A stretch of DNA of 64,000 bases from Octopus vulgaris. Its lineage: Eukaryota. The notes below the pieces were generated by a model. That model saw only the letters and a list, made by a program, of their open reading frames with translations. It was not told the origin of the DNA and did no database searches. The position numbers and the translations under genes were made by a program. Positions 26,795 through 40,651 of the stretch are shown one piece after another (positions within the stretch are counted from its first letter, which is position 1; each line of letters starts with the position of its first letter). The stretch is taken from contig OX597815.1 in assembly GCA_951406725.2 (NCBI GenBank), positions 151,466,001 through 151,530,000 on the forward strand, read 5' to 3'.

Positions 26795-28835
26795 TGCTGC
26801 AAGCTGGCAGAGTCGTTAGCATGCTGGATGAAATGCTTAACAATATTTCACCCATTGCTATGTTCTCGGTTCAAATTCTGCCAAGGTTGACTTTGCCTTT
26901 CATCCTTTCGGGGTTGATAAATTAAGTACCAGTGAAACACTGGGGTTGGTGTAATCGACTAGCCCCTCCTACAAAAACATTTTTCAGGCCTTGTGCTTAT
27001 ATAGTAGAAAGGATTATTATTATTAAGGTAGTGAGCTAGCCGAATTGTTAGCACACTGGACAAATGTTTAGCAGTATTTCATCTGTCTTTACACCATGAG
27101 TTCAAATGCTGCTAAGGTTGACTTTGCTTTTCATCCTTTCAGGGTTGATAAAATAAAGTACCAGTTGAGCACTCAGGTCGCTGTAATCAACTTACTCCCT
27201 CCCCCAAAATTGCTGGCTTTGTACCAAAATTTGAAACCATTATATAATTCTGCTGAGGTCAACTTTGTCTTTCATCCTTTGGTGGGGTGCAATAAATTTG
27301 GTTCCAGTCAAATATTGGGGGTCAGTGTAATCGACTAGTCCCTTCCCCATTAATTTCAGGCCTTGTGTTTATGGTAGAAAGGATTATTATTATTATTATT
27401 ATAAGTTATTCTGGTAATTATCTGGCAGAATCGTTAAAGCATTAGACAAAATGCTTAACTGCATTCCCCCCCAAGTTCTGATTTCAAATCCTGCCACGGC
27501 TAGCTTTGCCTATCGTCCTTTTCTAAGGGTCAATAAAATAAATACAAATTGAGCAGTGGGGTTAATATAATTATCTAGCACTCTCCTCCAAAATTTCAGG
27601 CCCTGTGCCTACAGTAGAAAAAAGTTATTACTACTACTACTACTATTATTAATATCATTATTATTAATTTTTCTCAGCCCTTGTGGCCAATAAAAGAATT
27701 AATTATTATTATCATTATTAAGGTAGCAAGCTAGTAGAATTGTTAGCATGCCGAGTGAAATGCTTAGCAATATTTTGTCTGCCTCTACATTCTGAGTTCA
27801 AATTCCACTGAGGTTGACTTTGCCTTTCATCTTTTCAGGGTCAATAAATTAAGTAACAGTTGCATACTGGGGTTGATCTAATTGACTGGCCCCTTCCCCC
27901 AAAATTTCAGGCCTTGTGCCTTGAGTAGAAAAGAATAAGTATTTGGAAGTTTATGCATAGCTTTACTGAGGAGGTCTAATAAGGTCAAAATATGTCCAGA
28001 GTTGTCTCCTGTATTTGCCAGAATGAGAAAAATATTGAAAATTGATGTATTGTTGTTTTCCATACTGCATAGATATTTCTAAATATCCCATCCTTTTGTG
28101 GGTCGATAAAATTAGTACCAGTTATGCACTGGGGTCGTAATCGACTTAATCCCTATCCCCAAATTTGAGGCCTTGTGCTTCCAGTAGAAAGAATTATTAT
28201 TATTAAGTTGGTGAACGGGCAGAATCGTCAGCACATTGGGCAAAATGCTTTACGTTCTGAGTTCAAATTCTGCTGAGGTCAACTTTGCCTTTCATCTTTT
28301 TGGGGTTGATAACTAAAGTACCAGAGAAACACCGAAGTTGATGTAATTGACTAGTCTCCTCCCCCGAAATTTCAGGCCTTGTGCCACTTGTAGAAAAGGT
28401 TAATATTATTATTGTTATTATAAAAGTGACTCTAGGGTACAGATATACAAATCCCAATATACACATCTGATAAGGGTACGCAAGGCACATGCATCTACCT
28501 ATCTGGTGTCATATTGTGATGGGCATATCGGGCCTTGTATATTTGTACCTTAGCTCCACTTATTAATATTATTATTATCATTATTATTATTATTATTATT
28601 ATTATTTTGGCTGAATTGTTAAATTGCCAGAAAAAATGCTTTGCAAGTTTTTTTTTTTTTTTTTTTTTTTTCTGGCTTTTTACATTCTGAGTTCAAATCC
28701 TGCCAAGGTTAACTTTGCCTTTCATCCTTTCAAGGTTGATAAAATAAAGTACCAGTCAAGTACTGGATTGATAGTATTGATTAACCTCCTTTTCTCTCAA
28801 AACTGCTGGCTTTGTGCCGAAATTAGAAATCAATA
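26795..28835 (+). mobile_element. Head-to-tail cluster of about 8-9 full or partial tRNA-derived SINEs (family A)
   Basis: Repeated GCTGGCAGAATCGTTAGC...GAGTTCAAATTC...GACTTTGCCTTTCATCCTTT...AAGTACCAG units of about 215 bp, separated by (ATT)n. Confidence 0.9.
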
Positions 28836-29919
28836 TTCATTTTGTATTCATTGAAAATTTCAATCACTATCTATTTTTTTTTTATATATATTGATTAATC
28901 AAATGAATATTTTTTTCTTGGTTGTAATAGTAATATTTAAAATATGATTTTTCAATTAATTGTCATATTTCTTTTTTTTTTTTTTAGAAATATGTTTCAA
29001 AAGAAATTAACTGTAATTTTAATTGTCACAAATATTCTAATATTTTGTCTTACCAATTAAATATTTTTAGTTAATTATCTTAATGTGTATATTTTATGTG
29101 TGTGTTTGTGTATTTGTATGTCAGTATATGTGTGTATGTATGTGCTTGTGTGTGTATAATATACATGTATATATACATACACATGATATAAAGTATATTT
29201 ATATGATATATAAATAAGATATATATATATTTATATATATATATATATATATATTGTATATGTATATTCATAGATATATAAATTATATATATGTATGTTT
29301 ATGAAATCTACAACTAATTTTAAAGGTATTTATATACCAGTTCAGATTGTTTTTTGTTTTTTTAAACCTGGAAAAAATACAGCACACACATATACGCACG
29401 CATAACACACATACACAGAGTACAATGGCTGTGAGGTTTAGTACTGGGCTGCTGACAACTTAGACATTTGTTCAAACGTGACTCTTTGTACACCAAATCA
29501 AGGTAGATAACTCTGCTTGGCTACCAGTAGGTAAGAGGGAGAGTGTGCAGTTTACTTTCAATGTTGCTGCAATGCTTAACTCATCATATATCACAAATGG
29601 TAGGGATTGCTCCTACCAAACATACCAGCAAGAGTAAAATATGAATGTAAAACTATAACACTTGCTGGATTTTAATAAATTTCAATTGTGGTGGTGTTAT
29701 CTGCAGATTTATTTTGATCAGAGTGAATCATCAAGACAAGAATTTGTTCATTCTTTCCACCTATGATGTAATTATATCTAATTAATATTTCTTGGTCCAT
29801 CATGTTAAATATATTAGCCCCCATTTTACTAAGAGTAAAGTTATTGCTGTCCTATCAGTGTACGAAATGTTTATATGCAAGTCAAGTTTATAAGCATTAA
29901 AAGATGTATAATTTTGAAC

Positions 29920-30163
29920 TTAACCCACTTGTTACCATATTTCTATTGAAATACACAGCTTTTGTGTTTCAATTAATTTTAAAAAAATAATCAAGTGTTT
30001 AGTAAAATAACTTTGTCATTATTAAACTGGTGTTTGTAACATATTGGAACATAAATTAACATGAAAATTTGATGGGAGATTGTAATTTAGGTCACTTTAA
30101 AACAGAAAGTTTGTACGGAAGCACCAGCAGTAATCTTGAATAGGTTGGTATCAAACGGGTTAA
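29920..30163. mobile_element. piggyBac-like MITE
   Basis: TTAA-CCC...GGG-TTAA ends with short imperfect TIRs. Confidence 0.6.
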
Positions 30164-30622
30164 ATAAAGTACAACTAAATATATATATACAGTTTTTCTT
30201 TTTTAAATGCGCAAAACATCACACAAATGCTCAATATTACTATTGTTGTAAGATGTAGTTGAATCAGTCCACTTGAAATATCCAATTCTAAGTTCAGTTT
30301 TTATAGAGCCATATATCGAACAATATAACTGTTTTTTTCTCTTTAATAAGTTTCAAAATAATTTCATATTTTTTATTCTTTTTTTTTTCATATTCACATA
30401 AAAAAAAGTCACAATATTAAATCAGAATTATAAAATAAAATCAAACAGGATTGTTTTGAAGTATGTTTTATTTCACTTTTTTTTTTCTTCTGTTAGGTAT
30501 TAGCTTTTCATCTCCAATGTGCCTATTATGACAAAACTTTTTGCTAACATAGCAAATATTTGTAAGCGTTCTCATGTATGTATGTGTGAATATATATATA
30601 CACACACACATATATACATGGG

Positions 30623-30671
<49 letters not shown>

Positions 30672-30861
30672 TGTGTATATACATACATACAGTTATATAT
30701 GTATATATATATGCATACATATAAGTACATATATATATGTGTGTGTGTATACATAGGTGCATACACATATTTAATTACATGCATATATATATATGCATAT
30801 TCAAGTGTGTGTATATTCATACACCTGTCTTCGTCTCTTGTTTTTCTATAAATTTTAACTA

Positions 30862-30896
<35 letters not shown>

Positions 30897-32339
30897 GTGT
30901 GTGTGTTTGTAAATATATGTAGTGTATATGTATATATATATATTGTGTGTATGTTTGTGTGTGTATATATATATACATTTATATATGGGTATTCATACAT
31001 GTACATATATGGCCACAGCCTTCAGGCTGCATTGACTACAAGAAGAATACAAGACTGTGTGTGTGTGTATTCACTTTCTGATAATTTTAACTATTGTAAT
31101 TTTAGTTGGTAAAAAAAAGTGATGTGTGATAAAAAATTGTTTTGGTTACGTTCTGCTTCTATTGTTAACAAGTTGAAAATCTAGAAAATAAAGTAAAAAA
31201 TTTTTGAAATCAAATTTTGTGTTTATTTTTATTTTGGTGTCTATTTTTTTCTTTTATCTTTTACTTGTTTCACTCATTAGACTGTGGCCATACTGGGGCA
31301 CCATCTTGAAGGATTTTAGTTGAATGAATTGACCCCAATACTTTTTTTCCTTTAAACCCTAGTACTTATTCTATTGGTCTATAGGGATGTAAACACACCA
31401 ACACTGGTTGTCAAGTGGCAATAGGAGATAAGCACAGGCACAAAGACACACACATATGTGTGTGTATGTGTATACATACATGTGGAATTGTAGTCGTGGC
31501 CAATGCCAGTGCTGCCTGACTGGCACCCATGCTAGTGGAATGTGAAAAGCACCATTCGAGCGTGGGCGATGCCAGTTTCTCCCGGCTGACACCCATGCCA
31601 GTGGTACATAAAAAAAACCATTTGAGCATGACTGATGCCAGTGCCGCCGCCTGATTGGTACCCTTGCTGGTGGCACGTAAAAAGCTCCCACTACACTCAA
31701 GGAGTGGTTGGCATTACGAAAGGCATCCAGCTGTAGAAACTTTGCCAAATCAGATTGGAACCTGGTGCATCCTCCTGGATTGCCGGTCCTCAGAGAAACC
31801 GACCGGCCAACCGATGCCAGCATGAAAAACAGACGTTAAACAACGATGATGATGATGATGATGGACATCTTTCAGCTTCCATCTACCTAATTCACTCAAG
31901 GTTTTTGTTGGCCCAAGTAGAAGACACTAGCCCAAAGTACTGTGCAGTTGAACTGAACCCAGAACTATATGGTTGGGAAGCAAACTTCTTAACACACAGC
32001 CATATATATACATGTGAAGGCATGTGGCTTAGTGATCAGAGCATTCGTCTCACAATCGTAAGGTCATGAGTTCAATTCCTGATAGCACATTGTGTCCTTG
32101 AGCAAGACGCTTTATTTCACACTGCTCCAGTTCACTCAGCTGGCAAAAGTGAGCAGTACCTGTATTTCAAAGGACCAGCCTTGTCACACTGAATCTCCCT
32201 GAGAACTATGTTAAGGGTACACATGTCTGTGGAGTTCCATGAGCAAGCTGTTCCATTGATCACATCAGCTGGGACCCTCGTCATCATAACTGACGGAGTG
32301 CTCCTGTATATACATATATGTATGTATGTACTCATACAT

Positions 32340-32371
<32 letters not shown>

Positions 32372-33007
32372 CTTAGGGGTACTACAAGGTAATGCTGTAT
32401 TTTCAAGCAAAGACAATCCACGACAAAGTAAGTTTGAGATAGATGTCAATTAACTAATTACATGGATGACTAATGATTCTCCGTTTAGAGAGCATGGCTG
32501 GCTTACTGCATTGTAGCTTTCCCTGCTGGAAGAGCCCAACTTTAAGTCAATAAAATACTTAATTCTATGTACAATCTTGCAGTTTACAAATTCCACTGAG
32601 TTCGACTTTGCCTTTCATCCTCTCGTGGTTGATAAATTAAGTACCAGTTGCATACTGGGGTTGATCTAATTGACTGGCCCCCTTCCCCAAAAGTTTCGGG
32701 CCTTGTGCCTAGAGTAGAAAAGAATGTTGCTGTTTACAGTCAACAGACACCCACAAAATTATCCACCATTTTTCCAACAACAACCTTGGGCACCTTTTTG
32801 AATTCTCTATGTTTAACACTCATGCACATGCTAACAAAATGAAACAATATCACTACACTCATGACTTTTGGAAACATATTTTCATGCTCAGAATCTCAGA
32901 ATAAACATGTAAGATATCTCCTATTAGAAATTCTTCAGACAGAGAATAAAATTATACAAAATTTACATTTGGATGAAGTATTCATGCATAATTAGTAATC
33001 AGAAATT

Positions 33008-33361
33008 ACAGTTCTATATTTAAGAGATGAGGAATTATGTACATTATTCACATTTGATGGATATTTGTCCTCATCTTGTTTGTTGTTAACACGTTTCAGC
33101 TGATATACCCTCCAGCCTTCATCAGGTATCTTGGGGAAATTTCGAACCTGGGTATTTTTCGATGTTATTATTATTATTATTATTAATATTATTATTCACT
33201 GCCTGGAATTGAACTCAGAATCTTGGGGTTAGTAGCTCACACTCTTAACCGCTATGCCATGTGCTCGTAGGCAATTATGGAGTGAATTTTAGGGCTTATA
33301 AATCTAATATTTTCCTGTACTTGTCCATGATGAGGACAAATATCTGTCAAATGTAAATAAT
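33008..33361 (-). mobile_element. Non-autonomous element: tRNA-like head, (AAT)n, HHR-bearing Penelope-type tail, inverted terminal copy
   Basis: A box TGGCATAGCGG and B box GAGTTCAATTCC on the minus strand (33196-33266). The terminal segment is repeated inverted at about 33330-33364. A 13-bp direct repeat GTAATCAGAAATT lies at 32995-33007 and 33362-33374. Confidence 0.65.
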
Positions 33362-34849
33362 GTAATCAGAAATTGTTTCGGTAAATGGGAGAAAGAATAA
33401 AGAACAAATCTGGTAGTACAAAAAGGAGAGAGAGAAAGTTAGGAGTTGAAGTAATAACTGCATATACATATATGCATGTTCATGGCACTCCATCAGTTAT
33501 GATGATGAGGGTTCCAGTTTATCCGATCAATGGAACAGCCTGCTTGAGAAATTAACATGCAAGTGGCTGAGCACACCACAGACACGTGTACCCCTTAACA
33601 TAGTTCTTGGGAGAGATTCAGCATAATACGGAATGTGTGACAAGACTGGCTTTTGAAATACAGGTACAACAGAAACAGGGAGAAAGTGTGTGAGAAAGCT
33701 GTGAATGAACAGTACAGCAGGGTTCACCACCACCCCCTGCCAGAGCCTCATGGAGCTTTAAGCATTTTTGCTCAATAAACACTCACAACACCTGGTCTGA
33801 GAATAGAAACCGCGAGTTTGCTGCCCTAACCACTGGGCCATTGCACCTCCACATATACACATCCATCTATGTACATCTTTACATACACACACATATTAAT
33901 TTGGACATACATGCATACAACATAAGGCCAGGGGTTGCTCCCAGTTTCACAGCCTGTTTTGACATGGTTTTTACAGCTTGATTCCCTTCCTAATACCAAC
34001 CACTTTACAGGGTGTGTTGGGTGCTTTTAGTGTGGCACTGGCATGACAAATCCCCTCAATTGACAGGGCATTAATTTTGAGGGCAGTGGCTTTATATCAG
34101 GTGATGAGAAGTTAAAGTATGGTGGAACAACAGGAATAGGCATCTTGCTGTAGAGAAACACATGGTCACTGCAGTTTGAAAAGAAAGAGGATGGCAAGGA
34201 AAATATGTGAGGGTGCACTGTAAAGCTACAGGAAGGTGAATATATGAGAAGTGGTGTGAGTATATATATGAGAAGAGGGGAGTGGTAGATGAACAGAGAT
34301 GGGGACAGAAATAAATGCAGTGAGTGATGTTGTCTTTAATATACAGGGTATTCTCTCTCTTTTACTTGTGTCAGTCATTTGACTGCGGCCATGCTGGAGC
34401 ACCACCTTTCCTCAAGCAAATCGACTCCAGGACTTATTCTTTGTAAGCCTAGTACTTATTCTATCGGTCTCTTTTGCCGAAACACTACGTTACAGGGACG
34501 TTAACACACCATCATCGGTTGTCAAGCGATGTTGGGGGGGGGGGACAAACACAGACTCACAAACATATACACACATGTACATATATATGTATACATATAT
34601 AGGAGGGGCTTCTTTCAGTTTCTGTCTACCTAATCCACTCACTATATCCGAGGCTATAGTAGAAGTCACTTGCCCAAGGTGCCACGCAATGGGAATGAAC
34701 CCAGAACCATGTGGTTGGTAAGCAAGCTACTTACTACACAGCCTATACAGACTAAATTTGCTAATGGTTTATGTCCTCTTTTTACAGTAGCAGCTTGATG
34801 TATTGGTGAACAGTCAATGGTGTTGGAGAGCATAAAGATTGAAGTTGTA

Positions 34850-35465
34850 GGTGAGAAAAAGCCATCTGAATATTGGGAAAGATTTACCTGTATCATGATG
34901 ATTCGTACCAGGTATGAAAATGCTGTCATCATGACTGCTGCTCAATGCTCTGAGAATGTTGGAAAGGTTGTAAGGCATGGTATGGACGACTGCAATGCTG
35001 ACAACAAAGCTGTGACCAACAGGAAGTGAATGTGACAGATGCTCTCACTGCACATGCATGCTAGAATTCATCCCCACATTTCTGAACAGGGATTTAGGTC
35101 ATATGAAGCTGCTGGCTGAAGAAGCTTGCCACTAGGGGGCCATATGTGCAGCAGCAGGATTTGGCTCCTTGCCATACCTCTGGAAATAGTCAGAAGTAGT
35201 TGTTCGGAGAATTTCCACCACTTCACCAGCCCCAATTTCTGGTTTCCTATTTCCCTTGATTGTAATCCCATTGATTACTGTGTGTAGAGCATGGTTGAAA
35301 AAGACATCAACCACTCTATCTACAATACCAAGGCCAAGCTAGTGACTAAGTTTTAGAGGAGGGGTTTCAAAGATCTTCCCAGGGACCCAGCAAGGAATGA
35401 ATGTGTCAGGTTCCAGAGCCATCTTGAGGCCATGGTGGAAGCTGAGGGCAACTACTTTGAGTAAA
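34850..35465 (+). mobile_element. Tc1/mariner transposase fragment
   Basis: QQDLAPCH...FWFPISLDCNPIDY...LEAMVEAEGNYFE*, decayed. Confidence 0.75.
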
Positions 35466-35590
35466 CTGTTATCACCCAACCATAATCTAGTTAATATTTA
35501 AAATTTTTGTTTTAATACTTATATTTTTGGATGGAATATTGTATTTTCTTTTAAAGAAACCATTGCCCATATCATTAACGAATGCCCTAG

Positions 35591-35889
35591 ACTTGCCCAA
35601 AACCACTACAAGTTGTGGAAACACAACCAGGTAGCAAAAGTGTTACATTGGAAACTGTGCGAAAAGTAGGGGTAAGAGAGAGGCAAAATGTGGTATGAGC
35701 ACAAACCTCAGAGAGTGGTGGAGTCAGGCACTAGTAAAATCCTCTGGGATTTCCCAACCAAAATAGATCAGGTGCTAGAGCACACCAGACCAGACCAGAC
35801 CTAGTGGTGGTGGACAAGGTGCACCACATATACTATTTAGTTGATGTTGCATGCCCCTTTGGCCCACAAGTAGTCAAGAAGGAAAGTGA

Positions 35890-35895
<6 letters not shown>
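35591..35895 (+). mobile_element. R4/Dong-type LINE fragment (restriction-like endonuclease domain)
   Basis: HNQVAKVLHWKLC...WYEHKP...ILWDF...HTRPDLVVVDK...LVDVACP, the PD..D RLE signature. Confidence 0.8.
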
Positions 35896-35936
<41 letters not shown>

Positions 35937-36934
35937 GATAGATAAGGGTACACCAGGCACATGCATCACATCAATATGTGTACAACTTTCTTAAGTACGA
36001 AATAGTCTGGCTATGGAAGTAAGCCAGCTATGCATGAAAGACTTCAGGAGTTCCAACAAAACCTGTGATAAAGAGAAAATAATAATAATAATAATAACAA
36101 TGACGACAATGACGATGATGAATGCCCTGATGCAGTACCAGACAGTGGCTCTCGTGGCTTCTGATCTTAACTGATTGGAAGTGTTATTTTGTACACTGCT
36201 TTGTCTTGGTATAAAAGATGGGCTACAGCAAATATTCTGCTCAATACCAGATTTGCTTGTCAGTTGTTTGACCATAACCAGTTGAGCATGTCTCTTAGTG
36301 GCTGATGAAATGTGCATCTCTGACCACAAATAGAAGTAATGGGGGAGCATTATAGCTGTGTCATCATCATCATCACCATCGTTTAACGTCCGCTTTCCAT
36401 GCTAGCATAGGTTGGATGATTTGACTAAGGTCTGGCGAACCAGATGGCTGCACCAGACTCCAATCTGATCTGGCAGAGTTTCTACAGCTGGATGCCCTTC
36501 CTAATGCCAACAACTCTGAGAGTGTAGTGGGTGCTTTTACATGCCACCAGCATGAGGGCCAGTCAAGCGGTACTGGCAACGGCCACACTCAAATGATGTC
36601 TTTTATGTGCAACCTGTTGAAAGGAATTCTTGGAGGTTTGGATAATTCACCTTTGGAAACATGGGTGGTTTGTTCAACATCCTTAAATAATCCTTATTCA
36701 GGGACCTTTTGAGCAGGATGGGCTACTTGACCAGAAGAAAATTCTAACTGGGCCCCACCTGCAAGGTCATGCGCTGTTTATCTTGATATGAGATCACCAT
36801 GTTGTATACATATTGTTGTGATGCATGTGCCTGGTGTACCCTTATCAGGCGGGTAGTCATGATGATTATACTGGGTTTCGTATATTTTACCCCAGTGTCA
36901 CTTTGATGGCATGCACTGCTCTTTCACTCAATGA

Positions 36935-36996
<62 letters not shown>

Positions 36997-38034
36997 TAAT
37001 GAACTTTTATTGTATACAGTGCTCAGGTGCACTACAACGTGTCAGAAAAAGTAACCAAAACTGCATAGAATATGCACAGGAAGTGAACAGTGAATAAGTC
37101 ACTACAAACTGTCAAATTTAGCTCAAATACCCTGTATTGTAAAAAGAAAACTTTATTGCAATTTTTGCAATTTTCAAAATTCAAACAAAATAATAATATA
37201 TAAAAATACTTGTAAATGTGCCAAAATTGAACATGCTTTGGGTGCCAGTAACCCTGGTATTAATCCTGGTTGCCTGTGTTTTAATAGCTTTTCAACTAAT
37301 CAAGACCAACCCCTTCTAATAACATACTTTTCCAATTTATTGAATGATCTATTCTGATCAATAATATCTATAAATACTCACACTGAATACATTTTATTTT
37401 TGTCTATACAATTAATAATTTCTTTAATTAATTCACTAAGCATCAAAAGAGGTTGATCTGGTTGTTCTAAATCCATTTTGACTGTCAGTTAGAAATTTGT
37501 ATTCCTCAATGATTTTATTTATTCTTCAAATAAAAATTATAAAAAAATGGTTTCTGATTAATTCTGTGTTAATGGTGATGTTACATGAGGCTGCACAAGG
37601 ATCACTAGGTATCACTTTGAAGGCAGCGAGCTGGCAGAAATGTTAGCATGCCGGGTGAATTGCTTAGCAGTATATTGTCTGTCTTTACATTCAGAGTTCA
37701 AATTCTGCTGAGGTTGACTTTGCCTTTCATCAACTACTTACTTTGGGTAATTACTGACAGCACATGCCTGATATAGTATATCCACAAATATTCAAAACCT
37801 ACCAATCAAATAGGATCTCTAAACATAGCTTTTAACTTTGACCTGCTAACACTATTCATTTCCCTCAAAAGATATAATGATCACCTAAGTGGAGTTAGCA
37901 CTTTTTGAATCCTGAAGAAGTCCAACCATAAAATAATATGAATGTTGCAATTTCCTTGACATTAAACAACATGTTTTGGAGATTCCCATCAACTTATTGC
38001 TTTGATGGAAACATATATTGTCTTATCCTTGCTT

Positions 38035-38144
<110 letters not shown>

Positions 38145-38276
38145 GTATATATTTTTTTACCAAAATGCATTGCGAATAAGCCCGCCATTTTCATAGATAT
38201 GTAAAGATAAACATTCGTACATGCTGTGGCGAATTCTACGGTTGGCTGTCGGGTTTGTAATGTTGTGTTTTTTCTT

Positions 38277-38353
38277 GAGTTTGTTGCACTGATGAGCATA
38301 GAATGCATATTCTGCATTGATTGCGAAATCACAGGTGATATGTAACTAAATTC
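38277..38353 (+). ncRNA. Type I hammerhead ribozyme, complete
   Basis: Stem I GAGTTT-GTTGCA / TGTAAC-t-AAATTC. Core CTGATGA 38289-38295. Stem II GCA...TGC. GAAA 38325-38328. Stem III ATCAC-ag-GTGAT. Cleavage triplet AUA, predicted cut after 38340. Confidence 0.8.
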
Positions 38354-38482
38354 TGTTTTTAAATGACTTGCTTTGAAGTTTTGCATTCGGTACAATTTGT
38401 TTATTTTAGTAGTTTTGACTGCAAGAGTCCCTCCTAGCGTGCGGTACCTATGAATAATAGTACCCTCTATATAATATAAATA

Positions 38483-38516
<34 letters not shown>

Positions 38517-38521
<5 letters not shown>

Positions 38522-38841
38522 AAACACTGCATCCTTCAAAACTTCGATGCTTCCTGATATTTGCCAACAGTACACCTGATGCCTTTTTTTATGTAGGGCA
38601 CCTGAGCACTGTTTGCAACAATTTCATTATTACAATTGTAAATATATATATCATCATCATCATCATCGTCGAAAACGGACGCTAAACAACGATGATGATG
38701 ATGATGATATATATATTTACAATTGTAATAATGAAATTGTTGCAAACAGTGCTCAGGTGCCCTACATAAAAAAAGGCATCAGGTGTACTGTTGGCAAATA
38801 TCAGGAAGCATCGAAGTTTTGAAGGATGCAGTGTTTCAACA
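38517..38841. repeat. Inverted repeat, 153-bp arms with a 19-nt loop
   Basis: 38517-38669 is the reverse complement of 38689-38841. No mismatch seen by eye. Confidence 0.92.
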
Positions 38842-39690
38842 GCTAACAACTGATGCAAATAGTTTATTTCATGCTTCAACAATTCTGTGCATGAAATAAA
38901 TGTTTCTGAAAGTCGTAGGTTTTATATTGTTTTTTGATATTGTAAGCATATCCATGAGTGTTAGACATATGGAATTGAAAAAGGTGCCTGAGGTTGTTGT
39001 TGGAAAGATGATGAATAATTTTGTTGATGTCTACCAGGTCTGTGGTCAGATGTCAGAGCTTTAATTTGTCCATGCCCAGAGAAGCAATATGTTCAGAATA
39101 TGGTAGATGCCTGATGGCAGGTATTTGTCTGGTTGCACATTTCTAAACAGCTTCCAGGATATTGATATGCTGAGCAAGTTAGGGGTTCCAGACTGGTAAT
39201 GTAAATTCTAAGTGTAGATGTACCAGAGCCAGATACAGTTTTAAGTAGATGGAGATTAGTTGACAAAGGTCTTACTGAATGATGCTAAGACACCCTCAGC
39301 CTTCTTGATAATCTTAGAGATGTGGTTTGTTCACTGAAGATCGCTGTTTACAATTTATACCCAGGTCATGTTCACTAACAAACTTCTTAAGACTGATGTG
39401 GTTAAAGGAGTATGTAAAAACAGCATTTTTTCTTCCTGATGTGCATGGTGACGTACTTGACTGCAGTCAATTTTAGTTGCCAGTTACTTATTCATTGCTG
39501 CATTGTGTCCAGGTTTGATTGTAGAAAAGATCTATAGAATATAGGATCTGTTCTTTTTATCTAAAGGTACAGCTTGTTGTCATCTGCACATTTCAACACT
39601 GTAACATCCTTCAAGTTGGCATCAATATCATTAATGTATGCAACAAACAGCTGGGGTCCAAGAACGGATCCCTGTGGTACACCAGATGTC
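38700..39690 (-). mobile_element. CR1/L2-type LINE 3' fragment (decayed RT)
   Basis: SGVPQGSVLGPQLFVAYINDI and (F/C)ADDNKLY at 39561-39690. Decayed downstream RT-like sequence. Confidence 0.8.
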
Positions 39691-40078
39691 ATATGTGTGT
39701 ACACATAGACGCACACACACACGCTCATGTGCACGCACACACACACACATACACACTGGTCTTACTTCTGTCACCCTCAGACATCTAGGTACCACCAGCT
39801 TACTGTCTAGCAACATGGTCAAAGAAACCCCTTTCTAAAGGAACTGTTATTGCTGAGCAACTGATATTCTTGGACAATACAATATGATCTGCCTTGACCA
39901 GTAGCAGCCTACTTCTAGTATCTTTCCATTGGGTAATCTAAAACCTTAAAGAGACAGGCTTCTGTTAGAGACCTGCAAAACTTTAAGTTGCTTGGAACCT
40001 AATCAAACTGTTTTAAATAATGTATATAAATTTTATATACATGTATGCATATATATGCATCTATAATATATATATATA

Positions 40079-40130
<52 letters not shown>

Positions 40131-40133
40131 CAT

Positions 40134-40165
<32 letters not shown>

Positions 40166-40651
40166 GCACACGATGTGCTTCTTTCAGTTCCCGCCTATCA
40201 AATCCACTCACAAGGCTCTGGTTGGCCTGAGGCTATAGTAGAAGACACTTGCCCAAGGTGCCATGCAGTGGAACTGAACCCGGAACCATGTGGTTGGGAA
40301 GCAAGCTACTTACCACACAGCCACTCTAGTGCCTATCATCATCATCATCATCATCATCACTTAACATCTGTTTTCCGTGCTAGCACAGGTTGGACGGTTC
40401 GACCAGGGTCTGGGAAGCCAGGGGGCTGCCCCAGGCTCCAGTCAGATTGGCAGTGTTTCTACAGCTGGATGCCCTTCCTAACGCCAACCACTCCATGAGT
40501 GTAGTGGGTGATTTTTACGTACCCCTGGTACAGGTGCCAGGGGATGCTGGCAGTGGCCACAATTGGTTGGTGCTTTTTACGTGTCACCAGCACAGAAGCC
40601 AGTCAAGGCGGCGCTGGCATCGGCCACGTTCGAATGGTGCTTTTTATGTGC

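Noticed and set aside
33196-33266. tRNA gene
   Set aside because: A and B boxes are present but there is no acceptor stem or full cloverleaf. This and similar hits are SINE heads.
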